Below are positions 19,013-29,015 of a stretch of 64,000 nt of DNA, piece by piece (positions within the stretch are counted from its first letter, which is position 1; the number at the start of each line of letters is the position of its first letter). This stretch comes from Spirochaetia bacterium. Lineage in GTDB: Bacteria > Spirochaetota > Spirochaetia > CADAEX01. Location of the stretch: contig OY759746.1 in assembly GCA_963662795.1 (NCBI GenBank), forward strand, positions 512,001 to 576,000, in the 5' to 3' direction. The notes under the pieces are model-generated. The model was not told the DNA's origin. It worked only from the letters and a program-made list of their open reading frames with translations, and did not search any database. Made by a program: the position numbers and the translations under genes.

Positions 19013-20032
19013 TTATTTAACCTTGGAGGTTATGTCCTTAACCTGTTGAATAAGACCGGGTCCAATCTTGTACTGGAACTGTGTATATACCGGCTGTACA
19101 GCATCCTGAAAAGCTTTTTGCTGTTCAGGTGTAAGCTCTGTAACTACCATACCGTTCTTCCTAAGCTCCCCGACATAATCCGTATTCATTTTCCTGTTCG
19201 TGGCTCTCTGAAACAAAGCTGATTCATGAGCCGCTTCAAGAAGTATTTTCTGTTCTTTCGCGCTGAAAGAATCAAACAATTTCTTGTTCATCAGTAAAAT
19301 ATGCGGTCCGTAGACATGACCGGTCAGTGTTGTGTAACCCTGCACTTCATAAAACTTTGACAGGTATATTGTCGGGATGGGATTTTCCTGGCCATCGATG
19401 GTCTTCTGCTGCATAGCGGTGAATACCTCGCTGAAAGGCATTGGAGTTGGATTGGCGCCAAGTGCTTTCCACGCTGCAAGATGGATCGGGTTCTCCATAG
19501 TTCTGACCTTTAAGCCTTTAAGGTCTGCCGGGCTTTTAACTTCCCTTGCGCTGTTGGTAAGCTGTCTGAATCCGTTCTCATAATAGGCAAGCAGTTTCAA
19601 TCCCTTGTCCTCAAGTTTTGCAGCAAGTGCCGCCCCTACTTCACCGTCAAGAACAGCGTCGGCAGCTTTTTCACTCGGGAATATAAACGGCAGGTCCAGC
19701 ACCATGAAATCAGATACCAGCCCTACAAGAGGAGATGCGGATGTACAAACCATCTCAAGTGTTCCCATCTGGGTCGATTCTGTAGCCCTCACATCATCTC
19801 CCAGCTGTGCATTGGCGTATACCTGGACTTCAAATTTTCCCGGCAGTTTTTCATTGAGAATTTCACCGAATTTCACACATGCAAGATATGATGGATGTTT
19901 TTCATTAATACCATTGGATATCTTAAGGACTACAGGGCCGGAGCCTTTTGCCTCGCCGGATCCCCCGGCAAGTACAGGAAATGCAGAAAAAACCAGAAGG
20001 ACACACATAATCAGAAATACTGTCTTTTTCAT
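19013..20032 (-). CDS. dctP: TRAP transporter solute-binding protein
   Basis: 'ENGFRQ', 'DLKGLKVR', 'IDGQENP'; start moved to MKKTVF after AGGAG. Confidence 0.93.
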   Translation of the reverse strand: MKKTVFLIMCVLLVFSAFPVLAGGSGEAKGSGPVVLKISNGINEKHPSYLACVKFGEILNEKLPGKFEVQVYANAQLGDDVRATESTQMGTLEMVCTSASPLVGLVSDFMVLDLPFIFPSEKAADAVLDGEVGAALAAKLEDKGLKLLAYYENGFRQLTNSAREVKSPADLKGLKVRTMENPIHLAAWKALGANPTPMPFSEVFTAMQQKTIDGQENPIPTIYLSKFYEVQGYTTLTGHVYGPHILLMNKKLFDSFSAKEQKILLEAAHESALFQRATNRKMNTDYVGELRKNGMVVTELTPEQQKAFQDAVQPVYTQFQYKIGPGLIQQVKDITSKVK

Positions 20033-20142
20033 TATAACTCTCCTTATTTTTTTATCCGATCTCAATACTGAGATCTAAAGTTCTCCGGGAACTCCTCCCC
20101 GGCATCCCCGGAAGAACCAAGTGACATGTTTTTCCTGTGTTC

Positions 20143-21420
20143 CTATTTGACAAGATTCGGGATGAAAGTTATCAGCCCGGGAACATAGGTTATTATAATA
20201 AGGGTAACTACCATTATCATAATGTTAGGCATTATTGCCTTGCTTAACTGGGCTACAGACAGTTTGGATATGCCGCAGCCGACATATAGAATATTTCCTA
20301 CAGGCGGAGTAATAAGTCCTATGCAGAGGTTTACAATCATAACAACGCCAAAGTAAACCGGATCGATCCCCATATTAACAGCCAGAGGAAGAAGCATCGG
20401 CCCAAGGATAAGCAGGGCGGGAGTCAGATCCATGACACAGCCGACCAGAAGAAGCAGGATGTTTATAAAGAACATTAAAAAGTATTTATTGTCTCCCGCA
20501 AGACTCAGCAGGGTTTTTGACAGAAGCTGGGGGATCTGTGCAGTTGTTATAAGGTAGGCCGCAGCCATCGCCGCTCCGCAGACAAGCATTACAACGGATG
20601 TCATTCTCGCAGTATTGATTAATAGTCCGGGAAGTTTTTTCAGATCCAGCTCCCTGTAAATAAAAAGACTGACAAAAAAAGCATAAACAACAGCAATTAC
20701 CGCAGCTTCGGTCGGGGTATAAACCCCGGATATGATTCCGCCTAGAATGATTAGAGGCAGCAGCAGTGCCCAGAAGGCATCAGCACCCGCCAAAAACGCT
20801 TTTTTAAGACTGAAACGCCCTTCTGCCTTGTACCCTGCCTTCCTGCTATGCACATACCAGCCAATCATCAGCCCGAAACCGATAAGAACGCCCGGAATTA
20901 TTCCTCCGAGGAAAAGTTTGACTATGGAAACATTAGCGATAACCCCAAATATAATCATGGGAATACTGGGGGGTATTATGGGACCGATCGTTCCTGCCGC
21001 GCTGAACAATGCCGCGCTTTTTGCCTCATTATACTTCTCGCTTTTCATGACAGGATATAAAAGAGATCCCATGGCTGAGGTATCGGCAACAGCTGATCCG
21101 GAGACCCCTGCGAAAAGCATACTGGCAAGGACTGTAACATAACCCAGTCCGCCCCTGACATGCCCAAGTATCGCTCCGGCAAACTTGACTATCCTGCGGG
21201 ATATTCCTCCGCTATTCATAATTTCTCCTGCAAGGAGAAAAAAAGGAATCGCCATAAGCGGGAAATTATCTATTCCCCGTACAATATTCTGAACCATCAG
21301 AGCGGCTGAAACATTTCCGATTACCATCATGAGAACCATTGCGGTAAGAATAAGGGCAAAAGCTATTGGAACATTCAGAAGTATGAAACCGAACAGGGAA
21401 ATTAAAAACAGTGCAAGCAT
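20143..21420 (-). CDS. dctM: TRAP transporter large permease
   Basis: 'LMAIPFFLLAG', 'SGSAVAD', 'IIPPSIP', 'TPTEAA', 'ITPPVG'. Confidence 0.95.
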   Translation of the reverse strand: MLALFLISLFGFILLNVPIAFALILTAMVLMMVIGNVSAALMVQNIVRGIDNFPLMAIPFFLLAGEIMNSGGISRRIVKFAGAILGHVRGGLGYVTVLASMLFAGVSGSAVADTSAMGSLLYPVMKSEKYNEAKSAALFSAAGTIGPIIPPSIPMIIFGVIANVSIVKLFLGGIIPGVLIGFGLMIGWYVHSRKAGYKAEGRFSLKKAFLAGADAFWALLLPLIILGGIISGVYTPTEAAVIAVVYAFFVSLFIYRELDLKKLPGLLINTARMTSVVMLVCGAAMAAAYLITTAQIPQLLSKTLLSLAGDNKYFLMFFINILLLLVGCVMDLTPALLILGPMLLPLAVNMGIDPVYFGVVMIVNLCIGLITPPVGNILYVGCGISKLSVAQLSKAIMPNIMIMVVTLIIITYVPGLITFIPNLVK

Positions 21421-21941
21421 TACTTCTTTCCTCCAAAAACTTTTACAAGCATTGATATGTTATTTCCAAGCTTGATGAAAGCCTGAATCAGCAGAAGCAG
21501 TGCACTGACTGGAACGACCATGTATACAACACCGTATGGTATCGCCAGCGCCGGGGAAGTCCAGCCGCTGTTGAAAGTGTGGGAAGTAATTGACCATCCT
21601 CCATAGAGCAGTATTCCTATCGCAGCTATAGCCAGCAGGTTTGCCGCAACCAGAACTATCCTTGATGCGCGCAGAGGCAATACTGTAATCAGTATATCCA
21701 GCCCAAGGTGTTCATTATTGACATAAGCCAGCACAGAACCCAGGAAAGCCAGCCAGATCAGCATGAACCTGGATATTTCTTCCGACCAGGCCAGTGCAGA
21801 ATTAAGAAAATAACGGGCTATTACATTTGAAAATACAAAAACGACCATTAAGGCCAGTAATAAACCAATTACCCAGCTGATAAGCCTTATCAGCTGTAAC
21901 TCGATCCTCTCTATAAGATTCTTTTTTTCAACTAAAGCCAT
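21420..21941 (-). CDS. dctQ: TRAP transporter small permease
   Basis: Four TM segments; 'WSEEISRF.LIWLAFLG', 'HLGLD'. Confidence 0.93.
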   Translation of the reverse strand: MALVEKKNLIERIELQLIRLISWVIGLLLALMVVFVFSNVIARYFLNSALAWSEEISRFMLIWLAFLGSVLAYVNNEHLGLDILITVLPLRASRIVLVAANLLAIAAIGILLYGGWSITSHTFNSGWTSPALAIPYGVVYMVVPVSALLLLIQAFIKLGNNISMLVKVFGGKK

Positions 21942-22036
21942 TCATATCTCCTTAAGAAAGATTCACTATGACCAGTAAAAACTGAATCAGTTCAGTTTTA
22001 AAAAATATCAGTTTTTACATAATATCCGAAACGGCT

Positions 22037-22921
22037 TCATTTTCTTACTTTAATATCAGCCAGACTTTCATAAAACTGAATCAGACCGCCGTGATCATCT
22101 TTTTCCCTGCCTTTAACCTTAAGCGCCTGCATTATTTCCATAACAGTGCTGGTCAGCGGAACAGGAACTCCAACCGCATGGGCCGTATCCAGCGCATTCA
22201 TCAGGTCCTTGATATGAAGTTCTATCCGGAAACCGGGCTTGAAATTACCCTCAAGGATAAGAGGCATTTTGGCATTAAGCACTGTACTTCCGGCAAGTCC
22301 GCCCTTGATGGCATTAAAGACCGCTTCAGGATCAACACCGGCTTTGGTTGCAAGCACCATTGCTTCAGATACGGCAGCAATATTCAAAGCTACAATTATC
22401 TGATTTGCAAGTTTTGTTACATTTCCGCTGCCTGTTTCCCCTACCAGTATTACAGAGCTTCCCATTACTTTAAGCATTTCTTCAACTTTTCTGAAAACAT
22501 CTTCAGGTCCTCCGGCCATAATGGCAAGAGTTCCGTCAATCGCCTTTGGCTCTCCTCCGCTTACAGGCGCATCAATAAAAAATGCACCTTTCTCCGCGAG
22601 CAAAGAAGCCATTTCCTGACTTACAAGCGGAGCAATCGAACTCATGTCTACAACTATTTTACCTTGTGATATCCCCTCAAGGATGCCGTTTTTCCCCGTA
22701 ATAACTTCCCTGACATGTGGTGAATTGGGAAGCATTGTTATAATTATATCTGTTTTCTGAGTAACCTCTTTAGCAGACCCGGCAGCCTCAGCCCCCGCGT
22801 CTGTTAATGACTTTACTGACGATTTATTGATATCAAAAACCAAAAGATCATATCCTGCTTTTTTAAGATTCAGCGCCATTGGCCGGCCCATAATCCCAAG
22901 TCCTATAAAACCGATTTTCAT
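22037..22921 (-). CDS. garR: 2-hydroxy-3-oxopropionate (tartronate semialdehyde) reductase
   Basis: 'GFIGLGIMGRPM', 'MLPNSPHV', 'DAPVSGGEPKAIDGTL', 'KLANQIIVA', 'FKPGFRIELHIKDL'. Confidence 0.9.
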   Translation of the reverse strand: MKIGFIGLGIMGRPMALNLKKAGYDLLVFDINKSSVKSLTDAGAEAAGSAKEVTQKTDIIITMLPNSPHVREVITGKNGILEGISQGKIVVDMSSIAPLVSQEMASLLAEKGAFFIDAPVSGGEPKAIDGTLAIMAGGPEDVFRKVEEMLKVMGSSVILVGETGSGNVTKLANQIIVALNIAAVSEAMVLATKAGVDPEAVFNAIKGGLAGSTVLNAKMPLILEGNFKPGFRIELHIKDLMNALDTAHAVGVPVPLTSTVMEIMQALKVKGREKDDHGGLIQFYESLADIKVRK

Positions 22922-22931
22922 TACTATCTCC

Positions 22932-23864
22932 TTAGCTTTTAAGTATTTTTTTTATGCCGGATACAATATCAAGCTCTGTCAGATGATATGCCGTAAGCAG
23001 ATCCTCATAGCAGGAGGCTGATGTACCGAACTGATCCTGGATACCGATTCTAAGCAGAGGCAGCGGAAATTCGCTTAAAGCTTCAAGAACCGCGCTTCCA
23101 AGTCCGCCGAAAACAGAATGTTCTTCAGCTGTAAGCACTCCCCTCTTTCCATCAGCAAATTTCCTCAGAGCCTCAATATCGAGAGGCTTAATAGTACTGA
23201 CGTTTACTACTTCAACAGAAATCCCTTCTTTCTCTGCAATCCCGGCCGCCTTTAATGCCTGGTGAACCATAATACCGCTGGCAAATACAGCAATATCCTT
23301 TCCCCTGCGCAGGCTTTTCATCTGCCCTATTTTATAAGGCTCATCTTCTTCCGTAAGCACAGGAAGCGCTTCCCTGTTTATCCTTATATAGGCAGGTCCG
23401 CTGATTTCCGCCATGGCTTTAACCATTTTTCCGGTTTCAACAGCATCAACGGGAGAAAGAACCGTCATATTAGGCAGAACTCTCATTAGGGCGATATCAT
23501 CTATTGACTGGTGTGTTTTTCCATCGCCGAAATCCGAAAGTCCGGCGCTTGACCCGCAGATATTTACATTTAACCCGGGGATCGCTATGGAACTCCTTAT
23601 CTGATCATATGCACGGCCTGTAGCAAATACGGCAAAAGAACTGTAAAAAGGGATTTTTCCGGACAACGCAAGCCCCGCCGCTGTTGATGCCATATTCTGC
23701 TCCGCAATTCCCATCTGGAAATATCTTTCAGGAAAACTTGCCTGAAAAAGATAACTCATTGTGGATTTGCCGAGATCAGCTTCCAGTACTACAACTTCAC
23801 TATTCTCCTTACCGAGTTTAACCAGTGCTTCTCCGTAACTCTTTCGAAGGCTTTCAGTAATCAT
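22932..23864 (-). CDS. Split transketolase, C-terminal subunit
   Basis: 'GIAEQNM', 'RAYDQIR', 'DGKTHQSIDD', 'EEHSVFGGLGS'. Confidence 0.92.
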   Translation of the reverse strand: MITESLRKSYGEALVKLGKENSEVVVLEADLGKSTMSYLFQASFPERYFQMGIAEQNMASTAAGLALSGKIPFYSSFAVFATGRAYDQIRSSIAIPGLNVNICGSSAGLSDFGDGKTHQSIDDIALMRVLPNMTVLSPVDAVETGKMVKAMAEISGPAYIRINREALPVLTEEDEPYKIGQMKSLRRGKDIAVFASGIMVHQALKAAGIAEKEGISVEVVNVSTIKPLDIEALRKFADGKRGVLTAEEHSVFGGLGSAVLEALSEFPLPLLRIGIQDQFGTSASCYEDLLTAYHLTELDIVSGIKKILKS

Positions 23865-24730
23865 AACTTTTCAACCTCCTTTCTGGTGTTTTCAAGATCT
23901 TTAAGTGCTGTACCGTATTGCTCCTCTGTAAGGCTTCCGTTATGAAATGCAGCCTTATTCTCCGCAAAGGAAAAACCTTTCCCCTTGACAGTCCGGGCAA
24001 CAAGAACAGACGGTTTTCCTTTAATACCGGCAGCTTCATCAAGCGAATTATGAATAGCTGTTACATCATGACCGTCAAGATTAATAACATGCCACCCGAA
24101 AGCTTTCCATTTTTCAGAGATATCATGTATAGGAAATATTTCTTCCGTAGTCCCTGTCGCCTGGATTCCGTTTAAATCAATGATTGCCGTAAGGTTATCC
24201 GCCCGGAACGCACTTGATGCCATTGCCGCTTCCCATATCTGCCCTTCAGACAGTTCCCCGTCTCCGCAGATAACAAAAACCCTCCCTGTGGAGTTATTCA
24301 GCTTCATCCCGAGAGAAAGGCCAAGACCGACTGACAGCCCCTGGCCCAATGAACCTGTCACAGCTTCAATACCCGGGGTCCTTTCCATATCAGGATGCCC
24401 CTGAAGTACGCTTCCATAGCTTTTAAGGGTTTTAAGTTCACTGCGTTTTATCATTCCAAGCTCAACCAGAGCCGCATACTGTGCCAGAACAGCATGTCCC
24501 TTGCTCAAAAGAAGCCTGTCCCGGTTCTTTTCATCCGGATGTTCCGGATTTACATTCATGTGGTAAAAGTAAAGACATGCAATAATATCCGCTATTGATG
24601 AGCTTCCCCCCAGATGTCCGACTTTTCCAGGCGGCAGCATTGCAAGGATATTGGAGCGGATGTCGCAGGCTCTCAGCATGATTTCTTTTTTATTAAACAC
24701 TTTATTCTCCATATTTTTTCCTGACAACAT
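23861..24730 (-). CDS. Split transketolase, N-terminal (TPP-binding) subunit
   Basis: 'GHLGGS', 'LSKGHA', 'LQGHP', 'GSLGQG', 'GDGELSEG...N'; alternative start at 24712. Confidence 0.92.
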   Translation of the reverse strand: MLSGKNMENKVFNKKEIMLRACDIRSNILAMLPPGKVGHLGGSSSIADIIACLYFYHMNVNPEHPDEKNRDRLLLSKGHAVLAQYAALVELGMIKRSELKTLKSYGSVLQGHPDMERTPGIEAVTGSLGQGLSVGLGLSLGMKLNNSTGRVFVICGDGELSEGQIWEAAMASSAFRADNLTAIIDLNGIQATGTTEEIFPIHDISEKWKAFGWHVINLDGHDVTAIHNSLDEAAGIKGKPSVLVARTVKGKGFSFAENKAAFHNGSLTEEQYGTALKDLENTRKEVEKL

Positions 24731-24754
24731 ATTATCCCGGTTGTGACAGGTATG

Positions 24755-24802
24755 TTGTAATACAAGTTACCTATTATAAAAACGGAATTTCTCTCCCGTC
24801 AA
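24755..24802 (-). promoter_or_regulatory. Sigma70 promoter with a GntR/FadR-type operator for the transketolase operon
   Basis: Minus strand TTGACG (24802-24797)-18 nt-TATAAT (24778-24773); palindrome TTGTA-A-TACAA at 24755-24765. Confidence 0.7.
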
Positions 24803-24883
24803 GGATTTTTTTTCATTTTTTTCATCGTAAGGACAAACAGGGAATTTACATTGTTCTGTTTTTATTTTTTCCGGCTTTTGAAT

Positions 24884-24911
24884 TTTTACAATCTTTTTAC
24901 AACCTTTTACA
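24884..24911 (+). promoter_or_regulatory. Tandem TTTTACA boxes, candidate OmpR-family binding site
   Basis: TTTTACA at 24884, 24895 and 24905 (11- and 10-nt period), upstream of the VWA gene. Confidence 0.55.
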
Positions 24912-24981
24912 TTTCCCTGACATCTCAAAATAAAACCTCACATACAATTGATTACAGATCAAAGAAACAAGAGGTGATTTT

Positions 24982-26100
24982 ATGAAACGAATAATTATTT
25001 TTATTTCAATGCTGATTTTGGCAGGACAGCTGCCGCTGTTCTCACAGAGCCGGATGGATGAAAGAAGGCCGGTTATACAGCTCGCGCTGCTGCTTGATAC
25101 ATCAAACAGCATGGACGGCCTTATAAACCAGGCGAAAAGCCAGCTCTGGAAGATTGTGTCGGAAACAGGCAGGGCGAAGAGAGGAGGACGGAAACCTGTC
25201 CTGCAGGTTGCGCTCTATGAATACGGCAATGACAATCTGCCTGTACTTGAAGGCTATATCCGCCAGGTTGTCCCTTTCACTACAGATCTCGACTATATTT
25301 CACACAACCTGTTCGGGCTTTCAACCTGCGGCGGAAGTGAGTACTGCGGGCAGGTAATATCGGAAGCAAGCCGGCATCTTGACTGGGACAGAAATCCGGA
25401 TACCCTGAAAATCATTTTCATCGCCGGGAACGAACCCTTTACCCAGGGGCCGTCAGATTATGTCCGGGCATGCACAGCCGCGCTGAATAAGGATATTATC
25501 GTAAATACCATCTTCTGCGGAGATTACCGGGAGGGTGTCGCGACAAACTGGCAGCATGGCGCCAGGGTCGGCGGCGGCAGATACATGAACATAAACAGCG
25601 ACTACGAGATCAGCTATATCAGGGCCCCGCAGGATGAGAGGATTGAAGAGCTCAACAGAAGGCTTAACAGTACCTATCTGGGTTATGGAGCGGCCGGCAG
25701 TGCAAAAAAGGAAATGCAGGCAGAACAGGACAGCAATGCCTCCGGATTGAGCCGCGGAAGCTTTCTTGAAAGGGCAAAGGTGAAATCTTCATCAAGCTAT
25801 TCTAACTCATCCTGGGACCTTGTCGATGCCTATGCAGAAGGGGAAATTTCACTGCCTGCTGTCAAAGCCGATGATCTGCCCGAGGAAATGAGGAAAATGA
25901 CAGATAAGGAAAAAGAGTCCTATATTAAAAAGATGCAGGATGAGAGAAAGACCATTCAGGCAGAAATATCGCTTTTAAGCGCTGAACGCGATGAATATAT
26001 CAAATCGCAGGGGCAGAAGCAGGAAGAGGCAACCCTTGACAGCGCAATGATTGACGCTATCCGGGATGCCGCAAAATCAAAAGGTTTTGATCTTGAATAA
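24982..26100 (+). CDS. Secreted VWA-domain protein
   Basis: Signal peptide; MIDAS motif 'LDTSNSM'; 'IFIAGNEPF'; helical C-terminus. Confidence 0.88.
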   Translation: MKRIIIFISMLILAGQLPLFSQSRMDERRPVIQLALLLDTSNSMDGLINQAKSQLWKIVSETGRAKRGGRKPVLQVALYEYGNDNLPVLEGYIRQVVPFTTDLDYISHNLFGLSTCGGSEYCGQVISEASRHLDWDRNPDTLKIIFIAGNEPFTQGPSDYVRACTAALNKDIIVNTIFCGDYREGVATNWQHGARVGGGRYMNINSDYEISYIRAPQDERIEELNRRLNSTYLGYGAAGSAKKEMQAEQDSNASGLSRGSFLERAKVKSSSSYSNSSWDLVDAYAEGEISLPAVKADDLPEEMRKMTDKEKESYIKKMQDERKTIQAEISLLSAERDEYIKSQGQKQEEATLDSAMIDAIRDAAKSKGFDLE

Positions 26101-26124
26101 AAACTTGCAAAGGATATAAATTGA

Positions 26125-28230
26125 ATGATGGCCGGATTTAAACAGAACTTATTATCAGCAGTTTTCCTTCTGATTGTTATTGTTCCGGCTGTCATTCTCT
26201 CTTTTTTCGCGATAAGGGCAGTTAACCAGGAAGAAATGGTTCAGAAAAGGCGTCTTGAAGATGCCCTGCTGCTCGAGCTTGAACAGACAAATACTATCCT
26301 CAACCTTAATTTAGAGCAGATAATCCAGGAGCTTCACGACACCATTCCCGACGGCGCGGATGCAGATGCGGTTTCCGGGTTTATCAAATGGGAAACCGCA
26401 AATCCGTTAGCCGGAACATCCTATATCCTGAATAAGGACGGATCAATCCACTATCCTGATATTTCAGACAAAAAGATGCAGAAGGAAGTCAGCGATAAAG
26501 TAAATCTTTTTTACTGGAGATATTTAAATCTTTTTTCAAACAAGGAATCAATTCCGATCTACCGGAATATTGCATCTGAATATGAAAAGGAAATTCTCGA
26601 CGAGAAAACGCGGGATACCCCGGCTGAAGGTGGGGAGTCTTCAGAAATTCCGGAAAATGCAGCTTCGGACTTTATCAGGGACAGTATTGCTGATACCGGA
26701 AAGAAAGATTCAGTAAAAGCAGAGACTGCTGAACAGGCAGCCGGGAAAGCAGCCGACCTTTACGGGTCAGACGATAAAACCGGTTCTCCGTCCACGTTCG
26801 CGTCCCCATCCACATCAGCACCTCTCCTCCCCGGCCCTTCATCACCAAGATCAAAATCAGCATTGGGTATATTTGAATCAGATACAGCTGTTCAGGAGAG
26901 GGTATATAAAAAAGCCGAAGAAGAAGGCCAGCAGTACCTGACGCGGAATGTCCTGCCTCAGATAGCGCTTACACCCCGCAAGGAAAATACGCAGACAGTA
27001 GTCAGGTCAGTCTATATAGAATCCACGAAATATTTTGAGGACATTATAAGGGATAATGAATACGGTGTAATTCCCCGCCTTTTCGACAGCGAATTTATAC
27101 TCCTCTACTGGGAAAAACAGGGAGACATAGTCGCAGGCTGCGAAATCCATATGCCGGCTTTAAATGAAAAACTGGCCGGAGCGATCCAGACTCCCGTAAA
27201 TTCATTCCGCTTCATCAATATTCTTGATCAGGGCGGTTCCCCTGTGATTCCAGTCTCAGGCAATAATGCGAATGAGTCAATCAGTGCGGAAAAATGGAGG
27301 CAGCCCTTTGTCGCGAAAGAAATCAGCGGAATCCTTCCATACTGGGAGACAGCCATACTCTTAAGGTCACCTGAAGAGTTCCGGAAGCAGATTGAAAACT
27401 CCCGGTATTTTCTTTCATCTGTTATTGCGCTTCTGTGTATACTTATTTTTTCGGGGATCACCGCAATCTACTATTTCTCATCTGCCCGTCTGAGAGAGGT
27501 ACAGCAGAAGGCCGGCTTCGTGACAAATGTTTCGCATGAACTCAAGACCCCGCTTACATCAATCAGGATGTATTCGGAGATGCTTTCGGAAGGATATCAG
27601 AAAGACCCTGAAAAAATTCAGAAATATTCTTCATATATCGCGTCCGAGAGTCAGAGGCTTACAAGGCTTATAAACAATGTTCTTGATTTCGCTAAACTTG
27701 AAAAAGGATCAAAAGTATTTAACTTTGAATTAATTGATATTAATTCGCTCATCAGCGATCTCCTTCCATCCCATAAAGAGGAGTTAGAAAAAAGCGGGTT
27801 TATCCTTGCTTTTCATCCGGCAGCCCTGCCTCTTTACGCATACTGTGACAGGGAAGCTGTTACGCAGGTGCTGATAAACCTTATTTCAAACGCGGTAAAA
27901 TATTCCGGAGAAAACAAGGATATTGAAATCAGGACGGAAAAGGATGATAACCGGGTTTCCGTAAAAATAATTGACAGAGGGATCGGGATACATAAAAAAT
28001 ACCGTAAAAAAATATTCAGGGAATTTTTCAGGATTGACACGACACTTACTTCAGACTCAAAAGGGACCGGACTGGGCCTTTCAATCGCAAGAAAAATAAT
28101 GAGACAGCACGGCGGAGACCTGGTTTTTTCCCCTGTCAATGCTGATGATTACAGGGCAGGAAGCATCTTCACTCTGCTTTTTCCGGAAGCTGAAATAAAA
28201 GAGGCAGGATCTACGGGAGATAAAACATGA
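26125..28230 (+). CDS. Membrane sensor histidine kinase
   Basis: Two TM segments, large extracytoplasmic region, 'VSHELKTPLT', 'NLISNAVKY', 'DRGIGI', 'GTGLGL'. Confidence 0.95.
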   Translation: MMAGFKQNLLSAVFLLIVIVPAVILSFFAIRAVNQEEMVQKRRLEDALLLELEQTNTILNLNLEQIIQELHDTIPDGADADAVSGFIKWETANPLAGTSYILNKDGSIHYPDISDKKMQKEVSDKVNLFYWRYLNLFSNKESIPIYRNIASEYEKEILDEKTRDTPAEGGESSEIPENAASDFIRDSIADTGKKDSVKAETAEQAAGKAADLYGSDDKTGSPSTFASPSTSAPLLPGPSSPRSKSALGIFESDTAVQERVYKKAEEEGQQYLTRNVLPQIALTPRKENTQTVVRSVYIESTKYFEDIIRDNEYGVIPRLFDSEFILLYWEKQGDIVAGCEIHMPALNEKLAGAIQTPVNSFRFINILDQGGSPVIPVSGNNANESISAEKWRQPFVAKEISGILPYWETAILLRSPEEFRKQIENSRYFLSSVIALLCILIFSGITAIYYFSSARLREVQQKAGFVTNVSHELKTPLTSIRMYSEMLSEGYQKDPEKIQKYSSYIASESQRLTRLINNVLDFAKLEKGSKVFNFELIDINSLISDLLPSHKEELEKSGFILAFHPAALPLYAYCDREAVTQVLINLISNAVKYSGENKDIEIRTEKDDNRVSVKIIDRGIGIHKKYRKKIFREFFRIDTTLTSDSKGTGLGLSIARKIMRQHGGDLVFSPVNADDYRAGSIFTLLFPEAEIKEAGSTGDKT

Positions 28231-28931
28231 TAAAAATACTGATTGCCGAAGATGATAAACCGATCAGGGAGGGGCTTTGCGATCTTCTTTCCTCGGAAGG
28301 TTATGAAGTGCTGAGCGCAGATAACGGTGCAAAGGCCCTGGAACTTTATAACTCACGTGTTTTGGACCTAGCCATTCTTGATATCATGATGCCGAAAATG
28401 AGCGGATACGATGTCTGCAGGGAAATCCGGAAAAAAGACTCCAGCCTGCCGGTCATATTTCTTACAGCAAAGGAAGAGGAAATCGACAAGGTTGTCGGGC
28501 TTGAAATCGGGGCTGATGATTATATTGTAAAACCATTCGGAGTAAGGGAACTGCTTGCGAGAATAAGGACTGTTCTGCGGAGAACACAGTATTCCGATAA
28601 CGGTGAGGGGCACCTTAAGGCGGGTGAAGAGCCGTTTGAATTCGGAGAGTGCCGCGTCGACCCTGCCCGCTTTAAGCTGCACAGGAAAGATGAAACGTTC
28701 GACCTTACTGAACGGGAGGTTGAACTGCTCACCTATTTTTACTGCCGTCCGGGAGAAGTCCTTACCCGCAACCACCTGCTTGATAAATTCTGGGGAATCG
28801 AATACAGCGGCACGACACGCACACTGGACCAGCACATAGCGAAACTCAGGCAGAAGGTTGAGGATGATCCTGCCCGGCCGCGCCACATAATCACAGTTCA
28901 CGGGACAGGATACCGCTTCAGCAGGGGATAA
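28227..28931 (+). CDS. OmpR/PhoB-family response regulator
   Basis: Receiver domain (EDD, LDIMMP, KPF) plus winged helix ('TRTLDQHIAKLRQK', 'TVHGTGY'). Confidence 0.96.
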   Translation: MIKILIAEDDKPIREGLCDLLSSEGYEVLSADNGAKALELYNSRVLDLAILDIMMPKMSGYDVCREIRKKDSSLPVIFLTAKEEEIDKVVGLEIGADDYIVKPFGVRELLARIRTVLRRTQYSDNGEGHLKAGEEPFEFGECRVDPARFKLHRKDETFDLTEREVELLTYFYCRPGEVLTRNHLLDKFWGIEYSGTTRTLDQHIAKLRQKVEDDPARPRHIITVHGTGYRFSRG

Positions 28932-29015
28932 ACCGGCAGGCAATAATTCACGGGAAATAAAGTTTGAATGCGCTGAAAAAACTGTTAAAATATTTTATAT
29001 CGGGAGAGAAGAAGT

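Noticed and set aside
15555-24980. tRNA-anchored integrative element carrying the sugar locus
   Set aside because: No integrase, and I found no duplicated tRNA 3' end (att repeat) by eye; horizontal origin remains possible but unsupported
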